From Mobula hypostoma (lineage: Eukaryota): a DNA stretch of 64,000 nt. The notes below the pieces were generated by a model. The model ran no database searches, was not told where the DNA came from, and saw nothing but the letters and a program-made list of their open reading frames with translations. Positions 50,495 to 64,000 of the stretch are shown here, piece by piece; position 1 is the stretch's first letter; each line of letters opens with the position of its first letter. The position numbers and the translations under genes are program-made. The stretch lies in NCBI RefSeq assembly GCF_963921235.1, contig NC_086109.1, positions 26,228,001 through 26,292,000 of the forward strand, given 5' to 3'.

Positions 50495-50757
50495 ATTTAT
50501 TTATTTGTTTTGAGATACAGCATGGAATAGGTCTTCAGGCCCTTTGAGCTGCTCTGCCTAGTACCCCCAACAACTCACATTTTAATCCAGGCCTAATCAT
50601 GGGATAATTTACAGTGAACAATTAAACTACTGACTGGTACATTTTTGGGTGGTGGGAGAAAATCGGAGCACCTGGAGAAAACCCACACATTCCATGGGAC
50701 GCTGGGGTTGAACTCTGAACTCAGACACCCGCGCTATAAAGCATCACATTAACTGCT
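50495..50757 (-). mobile_element. V-SINE
   Basis: Reverse-complement V-domain (ggagcacctggagaaaacccac) and (ttta)n tail. Confidence 0.7.
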
Positions 50758-51773
50758 GATAGGGAAGGTTTAGAGGCTTCCCTGGGAAAAAGACCATGTG
50801 CGTTCACTCGATCTATGCCTCCTGATGTTATTCACCTCAACATCCGTTGCTCCAAGGAACAAAGTCCTAGTCTGCCCAACCTCCCCCTTGAACTGATGCA
50901 CACATGACCCGGCATAAATCTTCTTTTCACTCTTTTCATTTTAATGCCCTTCCTACAACAGGCTGACCAAAACTGTACACAGTATTCCAGCTGTGCCCTT
51001 ACCAACATCTTGCAACATAACATCCCAAATAATACACGCAGTGCCCTGACTAATGAAGGCTGTCCTATCAGAAGCTTTGTTCACCACCCTGTCGACCTGT
51101 GACTCCATTTCCAGAGAACCATGCACTTTTACACCTGGGTCCCTTTGCTCTACCACATATGTTCTACCATTGGCATTCACTGAGACCTGCATCATATGGG
51201 ACAAAGGAAAACATAAAATAATATTTTATCCACAAGTCTCTTAATGTATGAAAGGTATATAGTTTTCAGTTTTATTGTACCACATTCTGATCCCATAAAA
51301 TGCATTTATAGGTTCCAGAAATGTAGCTAGACACAGTAAAAATGATTTAGTACTATATATTATTTTAGCTAGTGGTTTCAGGACAATCAATGAATGTGTA
51401 AAAATAAGAAACCTGCATTGTTTACCCTTTTGAGCAAAGTTATAGTTCTGTTAATGCGTGGCAGAGATGCAAAGGCTAAAAATGTTAAGGAAAGTATGTC
51501 TAGTATAAGTTATTTATGTGCAAATAGCATCAATGTTTTGTCTTGAAAATTGGCATTATCTGTTATCATGGTAATTGTTTTGTGATGTTTCCAGATAAAA
51601 CCTAATAAACGAATGTGTAAAAACATTTTATCTTTAGCTTAAATATGAAAATTGAAAAGCAGTCATTACTGACAAAGCTGTGGCAGTTAAAATTTGTCAT
51701 GTAGTTAATAAGTTTTGACTAAATTGGCAGTCTTTTTGAAGTTCCTAATTTGATTTCCTTCCCATTTTCACAG

Positions 51774-51960
51774 CTTTCTCCTGTGGAGCTGGTCAGTTCT
51801 TAGACATGAAAGAGCAATTATGCAGAAAGTGCATTGCTGGTACTTACTCCCTTGGCACCGGCATTGAATTTAATGAATGGGATACAGTCCCACCAGGATT
51901 TGTTATTTTAGCAACAGCTCAAGACACAGCAGATGAATACTCAGCTGTGAACTGTACCAT
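51774..51960 (+). CDS. ELAPOR1: ELAPOR1-like coding exon 3 (Cys-rich region)
   Basis: Acceptor ttttcacag. Translates (S)FSCGAGQFLDMKEQLCRKCIAGTYSLGTGIEFNEWDTVPPGFVILATAQDTADEYSAVNCT. 187 nt, donor gtaggt, phases 1/2 consistent. Confidence 0.92.
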
Positions 51961-52479
51961 GTAGGTATATCTGTACATCATTCAAAATCACCTTTGATGA
52001 TTGTCTCCTATCTGAAATTTATTTATTTCCTTATTATAAGATTCTGATATTGTTACAGAATATGTTTCTATATGTATGATATCACATATAACAGCTGTTG
52101 AAATCTGAGGTATAAAATAATGCCACAATTAGTTTGAGTTTCATTACTTACTACAAAAAAAATAGAGGGCTATGGGTAACCCTAGGTAATTCCTAAAGTA
52201 AGTACATGTTCGACACAGCATTGTGGGCCAAAGGGCCTGTATTGTGCTGCAGGTTTTCTATGTTTTTGTGTTTTAAACGGAAGATTTTTCTAAGTACGTG
52301 CTCTCATTTTGAAGTTTTGGTGACTGGGGATACACATCAAAGAATCACAGATCCAACCCTAATTTCTTATCAGTTAAATTCTTGACGCACTTTTACACTT
52401 GTCTAACCTTAAGGAAGTATAGGAAGATCACAAAGAAAAAAAAGGGGGAAAATTCAGAAGTATCAATGAGGTTTCCTGA

Positions 52480-53090
52480 AGATTGAGTTTAAAAGTTGGG
52501 ATGCCATGTTGCAGCTACAAAAAGAATTGGTCAGGCCGCAATTGAGTTCGAATGACCACACTATGGAATGTGGAAGCATTAGAAATAATGCAGAAGAGCT
52601 TCACGTGAGGGGAAACTTCTTTACTCAGGGCCGTGAGAGTATGGGAATGGCTGCCAGCACAAGTGGTGCATGTGAGTTGGATTTCAACAAATCTCCTTTA
52701 AGCATTGTGAGGGGATATTGGACAGACAGGGGTTATTCTCACTGGAATATGAGGAGTGACCTTACAGAAGTTTATAAAACTATGTGAGACATAGATTGAT
52801 TATATAATCAGAGTCTTATTACTAGAGCGGAGAAGTCTAAAATTTAGAGGGCATGGGAAAATTTAAAAGAGACCAAGGGGGCAAGTTTCTTGCACAGAAG
52901 GTGGTGATTATTTTAAATGAGGTGGTGGTGGAAGTGATAGAGGCAGATACAATTACAGTGGTTAGACAGGTGCTTGAGCAGCAAAGGAATAGAGGGATAT
53001 GGGCCTAATGTGGGCAAATGTTATTAGTGCAGATGGGTATCATGATTGGCATGGATAGGTTGGGTCTGTTTCTTTGATGAACAGCACTCA
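52480..53090 (+). mobile_element. Degenerate CR1 3' fragments (further pieces at about 50780-51170 minus and 52140-52270 plus)
   Basis: MLQLQKELVRPQL and RSDLTEVYKTM CR1-type motifs. Confidence 0.6.
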
Positions 53091-53850
53091 CTCTCTGACC
53101 CAGGGATGCAAGTGTGATTCTATTCCTAGGCTCTAAATATCATACCTTACAAATCACTCTGGATTTCAAAACACCTTGACCAATATACCTAGCAACACTG
53201 GTAAAATTTGGCTAACATAATGTGAAAGTGTTCTTGTATATCAGCACTAACTACTTGAGAGCTGAAGAACCCTGAAAACAAAGTGGCACGGCATAAATTT
53301 TTTTGTCAGCCTTCTCTATGTTTCAAATTAACTTCAGGAGAGCGCTGCAAAAATTCATCGTGCTATTACAGTGATTTAAAAAAATGCAAAAAGAAAAAAA
53401 AGATAGAACTATCACCTGGAATTCTTGTGATTCCTTGTGCTCAACCCATGGCCTACGAGACAGCAGTAACCCTCCCTTCCTGTAAGTTACTGAGACCTGG
53501 ACAACCTACAATGGGCAATGCAAGGCACTGGAAAATACTACCAATGTTGTGTTAGCAAAATCCTTCAAATTCACGGGAAGGATCAGCAAAGCAACATTGT
53601 GTCCCTTCCCAGACCATCATCACCGGCACTGATACCCTATTGCACTCAGCCAGTAACACTGGGGAGGCCACGTTGTTTGCAAACCAGACTCTCAAAACAG
53701 ACACTTCATTCTGAATACTAGAAATTGCCTGGCAGATTGGGGAGACACTTCAAAGTCTCCTTGGGGAAAGAAAGCACTACAACATCCTCACTGACTCCTA
53801 AGGATTCCTGATGCATGACTATACAAAGTGGAGAAGGAACATTGAGAGAT

Positions 53851-54530
53851 GGAGGGAGGAGAAGATGGCGGCCTGACGCAGCGCGCATGGCTGCTCTGAA
53901 ATGATATCATATTTGTTAAGTAGGGGACTGTGCACAAACCTGATTTGATGGAGACAGATGTGAGAAGCACGGAGGAACATCTGGAGAAACTTCTGAAACG
54001 CCTGCTTCACTGCTGCTGCTACTGTGCGATCGAGAATCTCTGGAGGGGAAGACCCCAAAATCCCTGGCTTTGCCTATTGCCTGTTGCCGGGGCCGGGGTC
54101 AAAGCGCTCGGCAGAGATGGTGCTCGGTGTCGCAGGGCTGGTCGGAGGCTCGAAGTTTTTGGAAGGACTCAAAAGTCGACTGTGGTCGGGTGCTTCCACG
54201 GTGCTGCATCGGCAAGTTTGCGGTGCTGGAGGTTCATGGCAGGAAGAGAGTTTCTCCCTTCTACCGTCTGTGTGAGATGATGGGACTTTTGAGAGACCTT
54301 GCGACTTTTTTTTACTGTGTCCGTGGTCTGTTCTTTATCAAATTACAGTATTGCTTTGTACTTTTGTAACTATATGTTATAATTATGTGTTTTCTGTCAG
54401 TTTTTCCGGTCAGTTTGTCTTGTGTTTCTGTGGTATCATTCTGGAGGAATATTGTATCATTTCTTAATGCATGCATTACTAAATGACAATAAAAGAGGCC
54501 TGCATGTCCTCATAATCTAATCTAATCTAA
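53851..54530 (+). mobile_element. Non-autonomous LINE-derived retroposon, copy 2
   Basis: Starts ggagggaggagaagatggcggc, ends aataaaagagg...(tctaa)3. Homologous to 23045-23685. Confidence 0.78.
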
Positions 54531-56770
54531 TTTGAAATCTCATGCCCATGCATCAGGAGTGTAAATGGCAAAGGTCTTCCACGAACTCCCACCTACTGTG
54601 TCAGGTTCCTCCTGTTCCCACATTAGTCTCAGCAGCCACATCAGAACTCTCAAAACCACAATGAAAACAAATCATCTACAAGCTCTGTGCCGGGTGCTGA
54701 GTACTCAAGAAGAAGACCTGGTGGTGTTTGTATAGGAGTAAGTAGTGCAAGGGTCAGATTGGCAATTAGCCCTTACACCAGCCAAATTTCAATATTTCAT
54801 CCCTTAATGAATGAATTGCTGAATTACTAAGTAAAATGTTAGGCATAAAAGTAGCCACCTAAATCTGCTTCTAAAATCACTACTGGAACTTGATAAATTT
54901 TAACAATTATAAATTTATTACTTGTGTAGTTGTCTAAATAATCAAACAGTATAATTTAGCAGAATAAAGAGCCATTGAGAATTCAGTGTAAATCAGTCGT
55001 AATGAATTACTGAATCTCAGTTCTAGCAGACATCAGAGTCTGATTTTTTTCTTACATTTGGAGGATAATCTAAGGATTAAGCAATAGCTGAGAGTTACAA
55101 ATGTTAAATCAGGTTTTTGGAGTTAATTTTTTACACCTTGATTTAGGGGCAAGTAGTATTTCATAGTTTGTTCTCTCTCATCTTTGTGTGAAGTGTTGGA
55201 ATTACTCTAGTCTAGTCACTGAATTTGGGAACATTGAACCAATGAGGCTGCCGCTAATGACAAGCTTATCAGTTCTTCCTGGATTTTCAGTTCCAATTGA
55301 GCACACTGTGATCATAAACAGCATCTGAACTTGTTATACTGTCAGCTTGCCCTGCTTTCCCATTCAGTGTGGACCATGCTGCTGCAACCGATCAAGCTGA
55401 TGGCGTTTTACACCTTGTTTTATTGCATTGCAACTGAAATGTTGTCCACCTGTGATCTTATCAACAAACATTGTCAGAGAAGAAAACAGCTGAAGTGAAC
55501 TAACAGGGGGAGTCATGCAAATACAGCTTTGGGTGGGAGGGGGTTCTGATGGAACTGATGTAAGGGCAGCAGTGTGTCCTTCCTGTTGGAGTAGTGTGAA
55601 GGTCATGTAAGATGAGGTGTCTTTGTAGCAGGTGACCTCAAATATAATAGGAGCTACAAAGTGGCCTGAGGAAAAGTGCCAAAAGAATCTTCAGTATTTG
55701 CTTTGACAAGTAAGTGGTTCAGTGAATGTCAAAGGATGTCTTCACTGTCCTGGACACTTTGACTTTCACCATGTGCAAAATTATTTCCTGACAATAATCT
55801 TAAGTTTTTTTTCATAAGCATGGGTGGACCCGTGCCACAGCAAGATAAATTCTGGAACTAACGTAATTAGCACATTTCCATTTACAAGTTATTATCTGCA
55901 ATGCAAGCTTTTCATATGGCTCCAGGTTAATTTGTTCCGATGTATGTTGCCCAGTAGGGTGGAAACTTCAGTTTAAATTGGAACCTAACCTGTAAGCTGT
56001 AACACCTGCACTGCCAGGACTATTGCAGGATTAAAGACCTAAAATAAATGGTTTTTGAAATGGCAATGGCTAAATATAAGAAAAGACAATATTTTCAAAA
56101 ATTTGAAAATCGCAGGAGAATAAGAATGAATGAAGTATGTACAATATTGCCGGAAGCACTCAGTAGGTCAGACAGATCTATGCAAAGAAAAACTGAGCTA
56201 GCTTTTTAGTTCAAAGACCCATTAAGTGTTTCCAGCATTTTCTGTTTTTGTTCAAATTTCCGGCGTCTGCAGTTTTATTTCCAAAGCTTTCAACAACAAA
56301 AAGTGGTTCTCTCTTAGATAGGCAGTGGTTTTGTGCATGATACAACCAAGTAATTGTCACAATGCAAGTGGGCAATAACATTGAAGAGTAGGGTTGGTGC
56401 AGAAGATCAATCATGAGCTACTGATCGAAGGATATGGACTTCATCCCTCACGTATCCTGAGTTACAATTCTCGCCGTATTGTATACAGAGGCATTATAGG
56501 AGTGCTGAATATTTTAGTATCAGCGAATGTTTTATCGATCAGGTCATCTGCTAGCAATGAATATTGGATCCATACAGGCTAGCAAAATGTTCAATCCCAC
56601 TGGTTACTTGAACAAGACCAGTGGTGGATGTTGCAAATGAAGCCCAAGATTTTTTTTGGGATTTGTAGAATGTGTAGTTGCTGGTGAGAACAGGATATGT
56701 TGCCCACTCCGTTTAGACTTCTGTGAAAAAGATAGTAATTCACCTACTTTATTGTAGTCCTTTTGGTAAA

Positions 56771-59700
56771 GTTCAAATCTTCAAAGTAACTTTATTATCC
56801 AAGTACATACATGTCACCATATACAACCCTGAGATTTGTTTTCTTGTGGGCATACTCAGTAAATCCAAGAACCATGGTAGAATCAATGGAAGACCACACC
56901 CAACACGGAGGACAAATGACCAATGTGCAAAAGACAACAGTACAAATACAAAAGGATAAATAAATAAGCAATAAATATCGATAACATAAGATGGAGTGTC
57001 TTTGAAAGTGAGTCCATAGATTGTGGAAACAGATCAGAGATGGAGCAAATGAAATTGAATGAGGTTATCCCCACTGGCTCAAAAGCCTGATGGTTGAGGG
57101 GTAATAACTGTTCCTGAACCTGGTAGTGAGAGTCCAGAGGCTCCTGTTGCTTCTTCCTGGTGGCAGCAGCGAGAAGAGAGCATGACCTGGGTGGTGGAGG
57201 TCCCTGATAATTGATGCTGCTTTCCTGCAACAGCCCTCTGTGTAGATGTGCTCAGAGGAGGGGAGGGCTTTACCCATGATAGACGAGGCAATGTCCACTA
57301 CTTTTTGTAGGATTTTCCTTTCAAGAGCTTTTGGTGTTTCTGTACCAGGCTGTGATTCAACCAGTCAACAAACTCTCCACCACACATCTTTAGAAGTTTG
57401 TCGAAGTATTTGGTGTCATGCTGAATCTTCGCAAACTTCTAAAGATGTAGAGACACTGTCATGCTTTCTTCATAATGGTACTTACATGCTGGGCCCAGAA
57501 CAGATCCTCTGAACTGATAACAGTGCGAAATTTAAAGTTGCTGACCCTCTCCACCTCTGACCTCCCAAAGAGGTTTGGCCGATGGATCTCTGGTTTCCTC
57601 CTCCTGAAGTCAATAATCAGCTCCTTGGTCTTGCTGACATTGAGTGAGAGGTTGTTGCTGTGGCACCACTCAGCCAGATTTTCAGTCTTCCTCCTATATA
57701 CTGATCCACCACCACCTTTGATTCAGCCAATGACAGTGGTATCACCGGCAAAATGAAATATGATCCTGGAGCTGTGCTTAGCCACACAGTCATAAGGGTA
57801 AAGCAGGGTGCTAAGCACACGGCCTTGTGGTGCACCTGTGCTGATGGTGTTCGTGGAGGAGATGTTGTTGCCAATCCGAATCGATTAAGGTCAGCAATTG
57901 AAGTCGAAGATTCAATTGCACAAGGAGCAATTGAGGCACGGGTGTTAAAAGCTTATTGATTAGTTTTGAGGGGGTGATCGTATTGAATGCTAAGCTGTAG
58001 TTGATAAAGAGCAGCCTGTTGTATGCATCTTTGCTGTCAAGGTTTGAGCGAAGACCCTATGAAATAGTATCGGCTGTGAGCCTGTTCTGCCAGTAGGCAT
58101 ATTGGTGTGGATCCAAGTCACTTCTAAGGCAGGAGTTGATGTGTTTCATCACCAATCTCTCAAAACGCTTCAACACAGTGGATGTAAGCGCTACAGAACG
58201 ATAGTCATTGAGGCAGATTACCACGTTCTTCTTAGGCTCTGGTGTGATTGAGACCTGCTTGAAGCAGGTGGGTACCTCAGACTGCTGAAGCAAGAGGTTA
58301 AGGATATTGGTGAACACTCCAGCCAGTTGATCAGCAAAGGTCTTTAGTACTTGGCCAGGAGCCCCATCTGGGCTTGATGATCTCCATGTGATCCCCCTCC
58401 TGAAGGATACTCTCACATTGAACTCAGAAACTGAAATCACAGGGTCGTTGAGGGCTGTGAGAGTTTGTGACCTTTCCTCCATGTTTTGATAGTCGAAGTG
58501 AGTATAAAAGGCATTGAGCCATCTGAAGCAGAAGCCCTGTTATTGCCTCTGTCATTTGATTTCACTTTGTAAGAGGTGATAGCATTCAAGCCCTGCCACA
58601 GCTGTTGAGCATCCTTCATTGATTCAAGTTCCGTCCGGAATTGCCACTTCGCATATGCGATGGCTTTCCGGAGATCACACCTGGACCTCTTGTACCTTAC
58701 TTGGCTACCAGACCTGAATACCTCTGACCTGGCCATCAGCAGATTGCGGATCTCATGGTTCATCCAGGGGTTCTAGTTGGGAAGACTGAATGATTTTGTG
58801 AGGACACAATCGTCTGTAACTGTTTTTATAAAGTCTGTGACAATTGTGGTGTATTCATTCAGATCCACTGATAACTCCTTGAACGTGGCCCAGACCACCG
58901 ACTTGAAGCAATCCTGTAGCCTCTCCTCTGCCTCCTACAACCACCTCTTTGTTGTTCTCAACTCTGGAGCCTTGCTCTTTAGCCTCTGCCTATATTCAGG
59001 TAGGAAAAGGATAGCTTAGTGATCAGATTTACTGAAATGTGGTCTGCATATGGAATGGTAGGCATCCTTTATCATAGTATAGCAGTGGTCTAGTGTGTTG
59101 GGACCTCTGGTTCGACAGGTTATATGCTGATAGTAATTGGGTAGGGTTTTCTTCAAGCAAGCCAGGTTGAAGTCCCCATCTATGATTTGAGATGCATTGG
59201 GGGACTGTTCCTTGTTTGGTGACAGCAGTATGCAGTATCTCATGTGCCTGCTTCCTGTCAGCCAATGGTGGTATGTAAACTGCAGTCAGGATTAATGAGG
59301 AGAACTCTCTTGGTAAATAGAACCATCGACACTTGATCGTTAGGTGTCCAGGTTGGAGGAGCAAGAGTACGACAAAACCACCACATCAGAGCACCGACAG
59401 TTTATCATGAAACACAACCCACCCCACCCCCCACCTCTTGCCTTTTCCGAATCATCAGTTCAGTCTATCTTGTGTATCGAGAAGCCTTCAGGTCCAGTTG
59501 CTGAATCTGGCCTGCTGGGAGGAAGCCATGCTTTGGTAAAGCACAGAACTCAACAGTTTCTCATTTCCCTCCAATACAGCTCCTTTGCCCTCAGGTCCTT
59601 AATCTTGTTCTCCTAACAAGATGGTGGGTGGGGGGGGGGGCATCTCATTATTCTCTGTTTCAGCCTGGCTTGGAGTCCCTCTTCCTGCCCTGCTTCTTGC

Positions 59701-59850
59701 CATGGTGATTAACCTTCATCCGCTTTAAGGTGCCGTACCAACCTGCATGAGAGTTAAGTCCTCCGAGTCCTTCCGAAGATTGTGAAACTTGTAGTTCATT
59801 ACGTCAATTCAAAAGTACATTGCTTAAAAGGAAATTACCTGCTGCAGATT
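56771..59850 (-). mobile_element. Near-full-length degenerate Rex1/Babar LINE (APE endonuclease plus RT)
   Basis: ORFs 59029..59364 (LILTAVYIPP), 59016..59243 (GDFN..TRGPNTLDHCYT..SDH), 58437..58763, 58057..58482 (ADQLAGVFT..CLNDYRSVALTS..FERLV) and 57065..57298. Confidence 0.9.
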
Positions 59851-60131
59851 GCGGCAAGAATAATTCAAAAGTGGTATATTTAGAAGGAGCTCCTGTAAGT
59901 AAGTTCCAGGATTTAGACTTAGTGATGATCAAGACAGCTTTATACTTTCAAGTTAGGATGGTGTGATTTGGAGGGGAAGGTGCTGGTTATCTGCTCCCAT
60001 GCACCTTCTGCCCTTTTTCTAGGTGGTTTAAGATTGTGGGAGTTGTTGGAATACTCAGAGCATATTGATCAACCGAGAGCATTGAAATTTATGCTAAATT
60101 TGAAATCTACATTTTTCTGAAATTTTGATAG

Positions 60132-60279
60132 GTCAAAATGGACTCTCCACGGTGACTTCATAGCTTCCAACAACGATGAATGCACCGCCATCCTGATGTA
60201 CGCAGTGAACCTGAAACAGTCTGGCATGGTTTCATTCGAATATCTGTATCCAGACACAGGAATATTCTTTGAATTCTTT
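60132..60279 (+). CDS. ELAPOR1: ELAPOR1-like coding exon 4
   Basis: Acceptor ttgatag. Translates (M)[49 protein letters not shown]. 148 nt, donor gtaagt. Confidence 0.93.
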
Positions 60280-60954
60280 GTAAGTAATTGAGAAAAATGA
60301 CAGGTGACTATTAAATGACATAGAGGTAATTTTATATGTGCCGATAGTCTCTTGTTTCTGGATCAGAAAATGCAGTTAATGATCACAGTAGCAACTTTCA
60401 TTTCTTTTTAGATGAAACTAAAAAGGGTCTAAGAGAGTACTGCAAGAAGCAAATATAAATTCCATAAAATTACAGTCATTTTGACTTTGTAATTTATTCT
60501 GTGTTTTAAAATAAATTGCTGCTATTGGAAAGAACATTGTTGTCCTTGTAAAACCCAGTGATTAATTCTATTCTGTAAGAGCAAGAATATAATTGAAGAT
60601 TGCCGAAGTTTTGAAGACTCACAGAAAATTTACAGTATGGAAGGAGCCCATTTGGCCCATCAATTCCATACTTGTTCTGTGTGAGAGCAGTTCAACTGAA
60701 CATGCTCTATATCTGCCCCCTTTGCAAATTCTTTGTCTCATCCATTTTGCTTTTGAATGCTGCAAAATTGAATGTGCCTCCAGCACTGGCCCTGGAAGCA
60801 TATCCATCATTCAAACCACTTATAATCAACTTTTGACTCACTTGCCAATCAATCCTATGTCCTCTGGTTCTTCCACTGAAGTTGCTTCCATGATCTTGCT
60901 CCTCTGGCCATATTTCGATGCCACTGATTGAATGTAATACTTTGTTCACTACAG

Positions 60955-61038
60955 GTTCAGAATGACCAGTGCCAGGCAACAGAAGATGAAGATAAATGGA
61001 TGAAAAAAACAGAAAGAAATCAATGGAATCGCCATACA
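60955..61038 (+). CDS. ELAPOR1: ELAPOR1-like coding exon 5 (gene continues beyond the window)
   Basis: Acceptor cactacag. Translates VQNDQCQATEDEDKWMKKTERNQWNRHT. 84 nt, donor gtatgt. Confidence 0.9.
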
Positions 61039-62821
61039 GTATGTATATTAAATATATTTCAATACCTGTCTTTGCTTTCTTCCCTGTCATTTTCTAATTC
61101 TTAGAAATGTTTCATAGTACAATAGAACTCTGCTCTCCAAGCACTCTGAAATCCTGGTGGCTCAGCATCTGGTACAATAAGTAATGCTCGTCATACTCCC
61201 CTTGAACTTGTAGGGAACACAGCTTCCTGCATTCCCTTTTAGTTCACTAGGGCCCTGGTTTCTTTTGCTCACTTTTGACTCACTGTGGCCCTGGTTCCTG
61301 TATTCTCACTTCCCCCTCACCAGCTGCAGATTATTGCACCCCTTCTTTCTCATTATTCCCACTTTCCAGGATCCCAGATCCCATGCTCCCTTCTGATTTA
61401 CCTGGACCCTGGTTTCCGGGCTGTTATCCAATTCACCATGGCTTCGGTTCCCACAATCCCTTTTCACTGCTCACAATTCACCATGGCCTCAGAGGCCCCT
61501 TTTCTAACCTTGAATTGTTGAAGATTTAGCAAAGACAAGTAAACATGCTGTGTGAAAGTAGTGCATTGACTCTGAAATGATATAATGTCGAATGAGAGTG
61601 CTTCAGAGTTCAGGACAGAAAAAATTGACTACAAAAATGAACCAGTCTGTTCTAGTGGCATCAGAATTAGAACTTCATGATTTGTATGCGCAAACTGTGC
61701 CAGTTGCAATGTTTACTGTGTTTGTGCAAAATGATGATGTGTAAATTCAGGATTCCTTCAAGCCTGAGCTAACTGGAGGCATACCGGCACCTCTGCTGAA
61801 CAGCTGGAAGTGTGTGCCAGGCGTAGGTCTTGAGTGGAGCTTTGCAGTGCCAAGTGTGAACATTTTTGGAGGATGGGAATCCAACCACACATATGAAGTT
61901 ATAAAAACTTCCTTCATTATCCTTGGTCATCACCCTTCGTATTGACCTCCTTGGTAACCACCTTCCACTGATATATTGCTTCTGCTCTCCCGTGCTTCCT
62001 GCGTCTTCTGATTTTTCACAAATGTGCTCAGTGCTGGTTTGGTAAGTTGGGACCCTGGGAAGTTAGCTTGTGAAAGGTCTCAACTTTGGAATAACTTTCC
62101 ACAATGGTAAAGAATAGTTAATATCATTTCTGGTGGTGCAAGGGCATTGCAAAAATGCCGTTTAGTGCAAAAAAAATGTCATTGGTTTCATTTGAAAAAC
62201 CATGAATTCTTGATGTGGCTAAACGAATTTCAAGGCAGAGCAGCATCGGGATATATTGGTGCATGTCCTTGAAATGTCACTCTCCTAGGACTTGATTTTC
62301 AACACAAACTCCCAGCCCAAGTTGCTTAAGCTCTACAACCAAAATTAAATAGGGCACCAATATCCATCTGACACAATTCTCAATTTCTGTCCTTTCCAAT
62401 GTGCTACTTTGTTTCTTGGCCCAGATAATCATTTACATTGAGAAGCAAAAGTTATGGCGAGTGTATTGGTAAGGTACATCCAGCGGACGTGGTGTTCACG
62501 CCTAGTGAAATAAGTACTTGCGCACATTTGAAAAATGCTTTCATGAACTACCGACTGTATACCAGTTCTGGGGACACATGTAATCAACCATCATTCACAG
62601 AGTATCAAAATCCATGCTGGAATTCTCCTGGCTTCCAGATGTTGACAGCTTCTGCTGTGAGAATTGCTATCTTCTTTCCACGTTGTTTTCCAAGAAAGCA
62701 TAGCTGGGATCAACAAGTAAGGCTGCTCTTGTATCTGTACAACTGAAATTTCTTGATGTGCTTCTTCCACTGTGGAGTTTTTGGTGATTGAGCTCAATTA
62801 AGCGATCCTTACACGAAAAGG

Positions 62822-64000
62822 CTTTAAAGATGGCGCCAACAAAGGACACCTCGTTATGTGCCGCTCAGTCAAATATTCCCGTTCAGGACTGAAATCCGCG
62901 GTCACAGCCAGAGGTACTTCTGGAAGCAACATTGTTTTAAGTCGTTTAAAAAAATCTATCGATACTCAAAATTGACAGCTCTTGGACGTCAGATGCAGGT
63001 CGTGAGTGCGGCTTCCTTTTAAGAAAAAGGAAGTGAGGAAAGCATGCTGAGCTGCAAGTAAGATTGAAGCAGAGAGGCTTTAGACCCCCATTCCCAACCA
63101 TCCTGCTGCAGAATGTACAGTCTCTGAAAAATAAAACTGAAGACTTCAGAGCAAGATTCCTGCACCAGTGGGACATCAGGGACTGTTGTGTACTTTGCTT
63201 CACGGAAACATTGCTATCTTCTGCCATTTCAGATGCTGCACTGAAGCTTGATGGCTTCACCGTTCACTGTGAAGACAGGTCAGCTCAGACTTTTAAAGGC
63301 AGAGGAGGTGGAGTATGCTTTATAATTAAATCATTGTGATGCACATACGTGGTGGGTCTGTCTCAGAATGCCATCATTCTGGTAGTGGTGTACATTCCAC
63401 CTCAGGGCAGCATCAGGCAGGCACTGGAGGCATGAAACTGCGCACCCTGGTGCCTTCCTTATCACTGTGGGAGATTCAGCCAGGCCAGCTTGAATAAATC
63501 TCTGAACAACTACCACCAACATATCACCCTTGGAATCAGAGGAGCCAACACACTTTACCACTGTTATACCGCCATCAAGAATACTTACCGTGCCATCTCA
63601 CGCCCACACTTTGGAAAGTCCAGTCACCTGGCTGTACTTCTTTCTATTTTCCAGCATATAGGCAGAGACTAAAAAACCACAGCACCAGTGGTAAGGACCA
63701 AGAAGGTATGGTCAAGGGCGACAGAGGAGCACTTACAGGATTGTTTTCAGTTGTACTGTGGAGAGCATTGTAACTGGTTGCATCACCGTCTAGTATGGAG
63801 GGGCCACTGTACAGGATTGGAATTGGCTGCGGAAAGTTGTAAACCCAGCCAGTTCCATCATGGGCACTAGCCTCCCCAGCATCCAGTGTGCCTTCAAAAG
63901 CCAATGTCTCAAAAAGGCAGCATCCATCGTTAAGAAACCCCATCACCCAGGACTTGTCCTCTTATCATAGCTACCTTCAAAGAGAAGATACAAGAGCCTG
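62822..64000 (+). mobile_element. Rex1/Babar LINE with intact-looking 5' end and a large internal deletion
   Basis: Starts aagatggcgcc. APE N-terminus (PTILLQNVQSLKNK..VLCFTET) in ORF 63064..63339. Jumps to the RT C-terminal region near 63750. Confidence 0.8.

Noticed and set aside
55400..55715. Octamer ATGCAAAT and a downstream gtaagt as an alternative ELAPOR exon or promoter
   Set aside because: No open frame compatible with the ELAPOR exons was found, and exons 3 and 4 already join in phase. Short motifs alone are not enough.
1..64000. Prokaryote-style novel system (defence island, CRISPR, retron)
   Set aside because: The sequence is spliced vertebrate DNA. Every RT, integrase and nuclease fragment belongs to a recognisable eukaryotic transposon class.

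Overview
This is eukaryotic, repeat-dense vertebrate DNA, not prokaryotic. The repeat spectrum (CR1 LINEs, V-SINE/HE1-type SINEs, Rex1/Babar, RTE, Penelope-like elements, Tc1/mariner) points to a cartilaginous fish, probably a ray (inference). One host gene crosses the window on the + strand: the first five coding exons of an ELAPOR-family gene, most like ELAPOR1/KIAA1324/EIG121 (3849-3950, 43427-43547, 51774-51960, 60132-60279, 60955-61038). All four complete introns are GT-AG and the exon phases join into one open frame. Intron 1 is about 39.5 kb. Nearly all ORF-track entries are transposon fragments or noise. The introns hold a structurally complete but frameshifted 4.4-kb Gypsy LTR retrotransposon, a 2.2-kb CR1, a 3-kb Rex1/Babar, a Tc1 remnant, and many MITEs and SINEs. 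The most notable observations: (1) about a dozen minimal type I hammerhead-ribozyme motifs in Penelope-derived insertions, several in 100-200-nt TSD-flanked units whose truncation/inversion points sit at the ribozyme edge; (2) the Gypsy element has no tRNA primer-binding site but has a 15/16 complement of its own R region next to the 5' LTR (self-priming geometry), plus a YLDN RT motif; (3) a composite Tc1-MITE unit that appears to have moved retroelement cargo. All coordinates were read by eye; the ends of old, degraded repeats are approximate.
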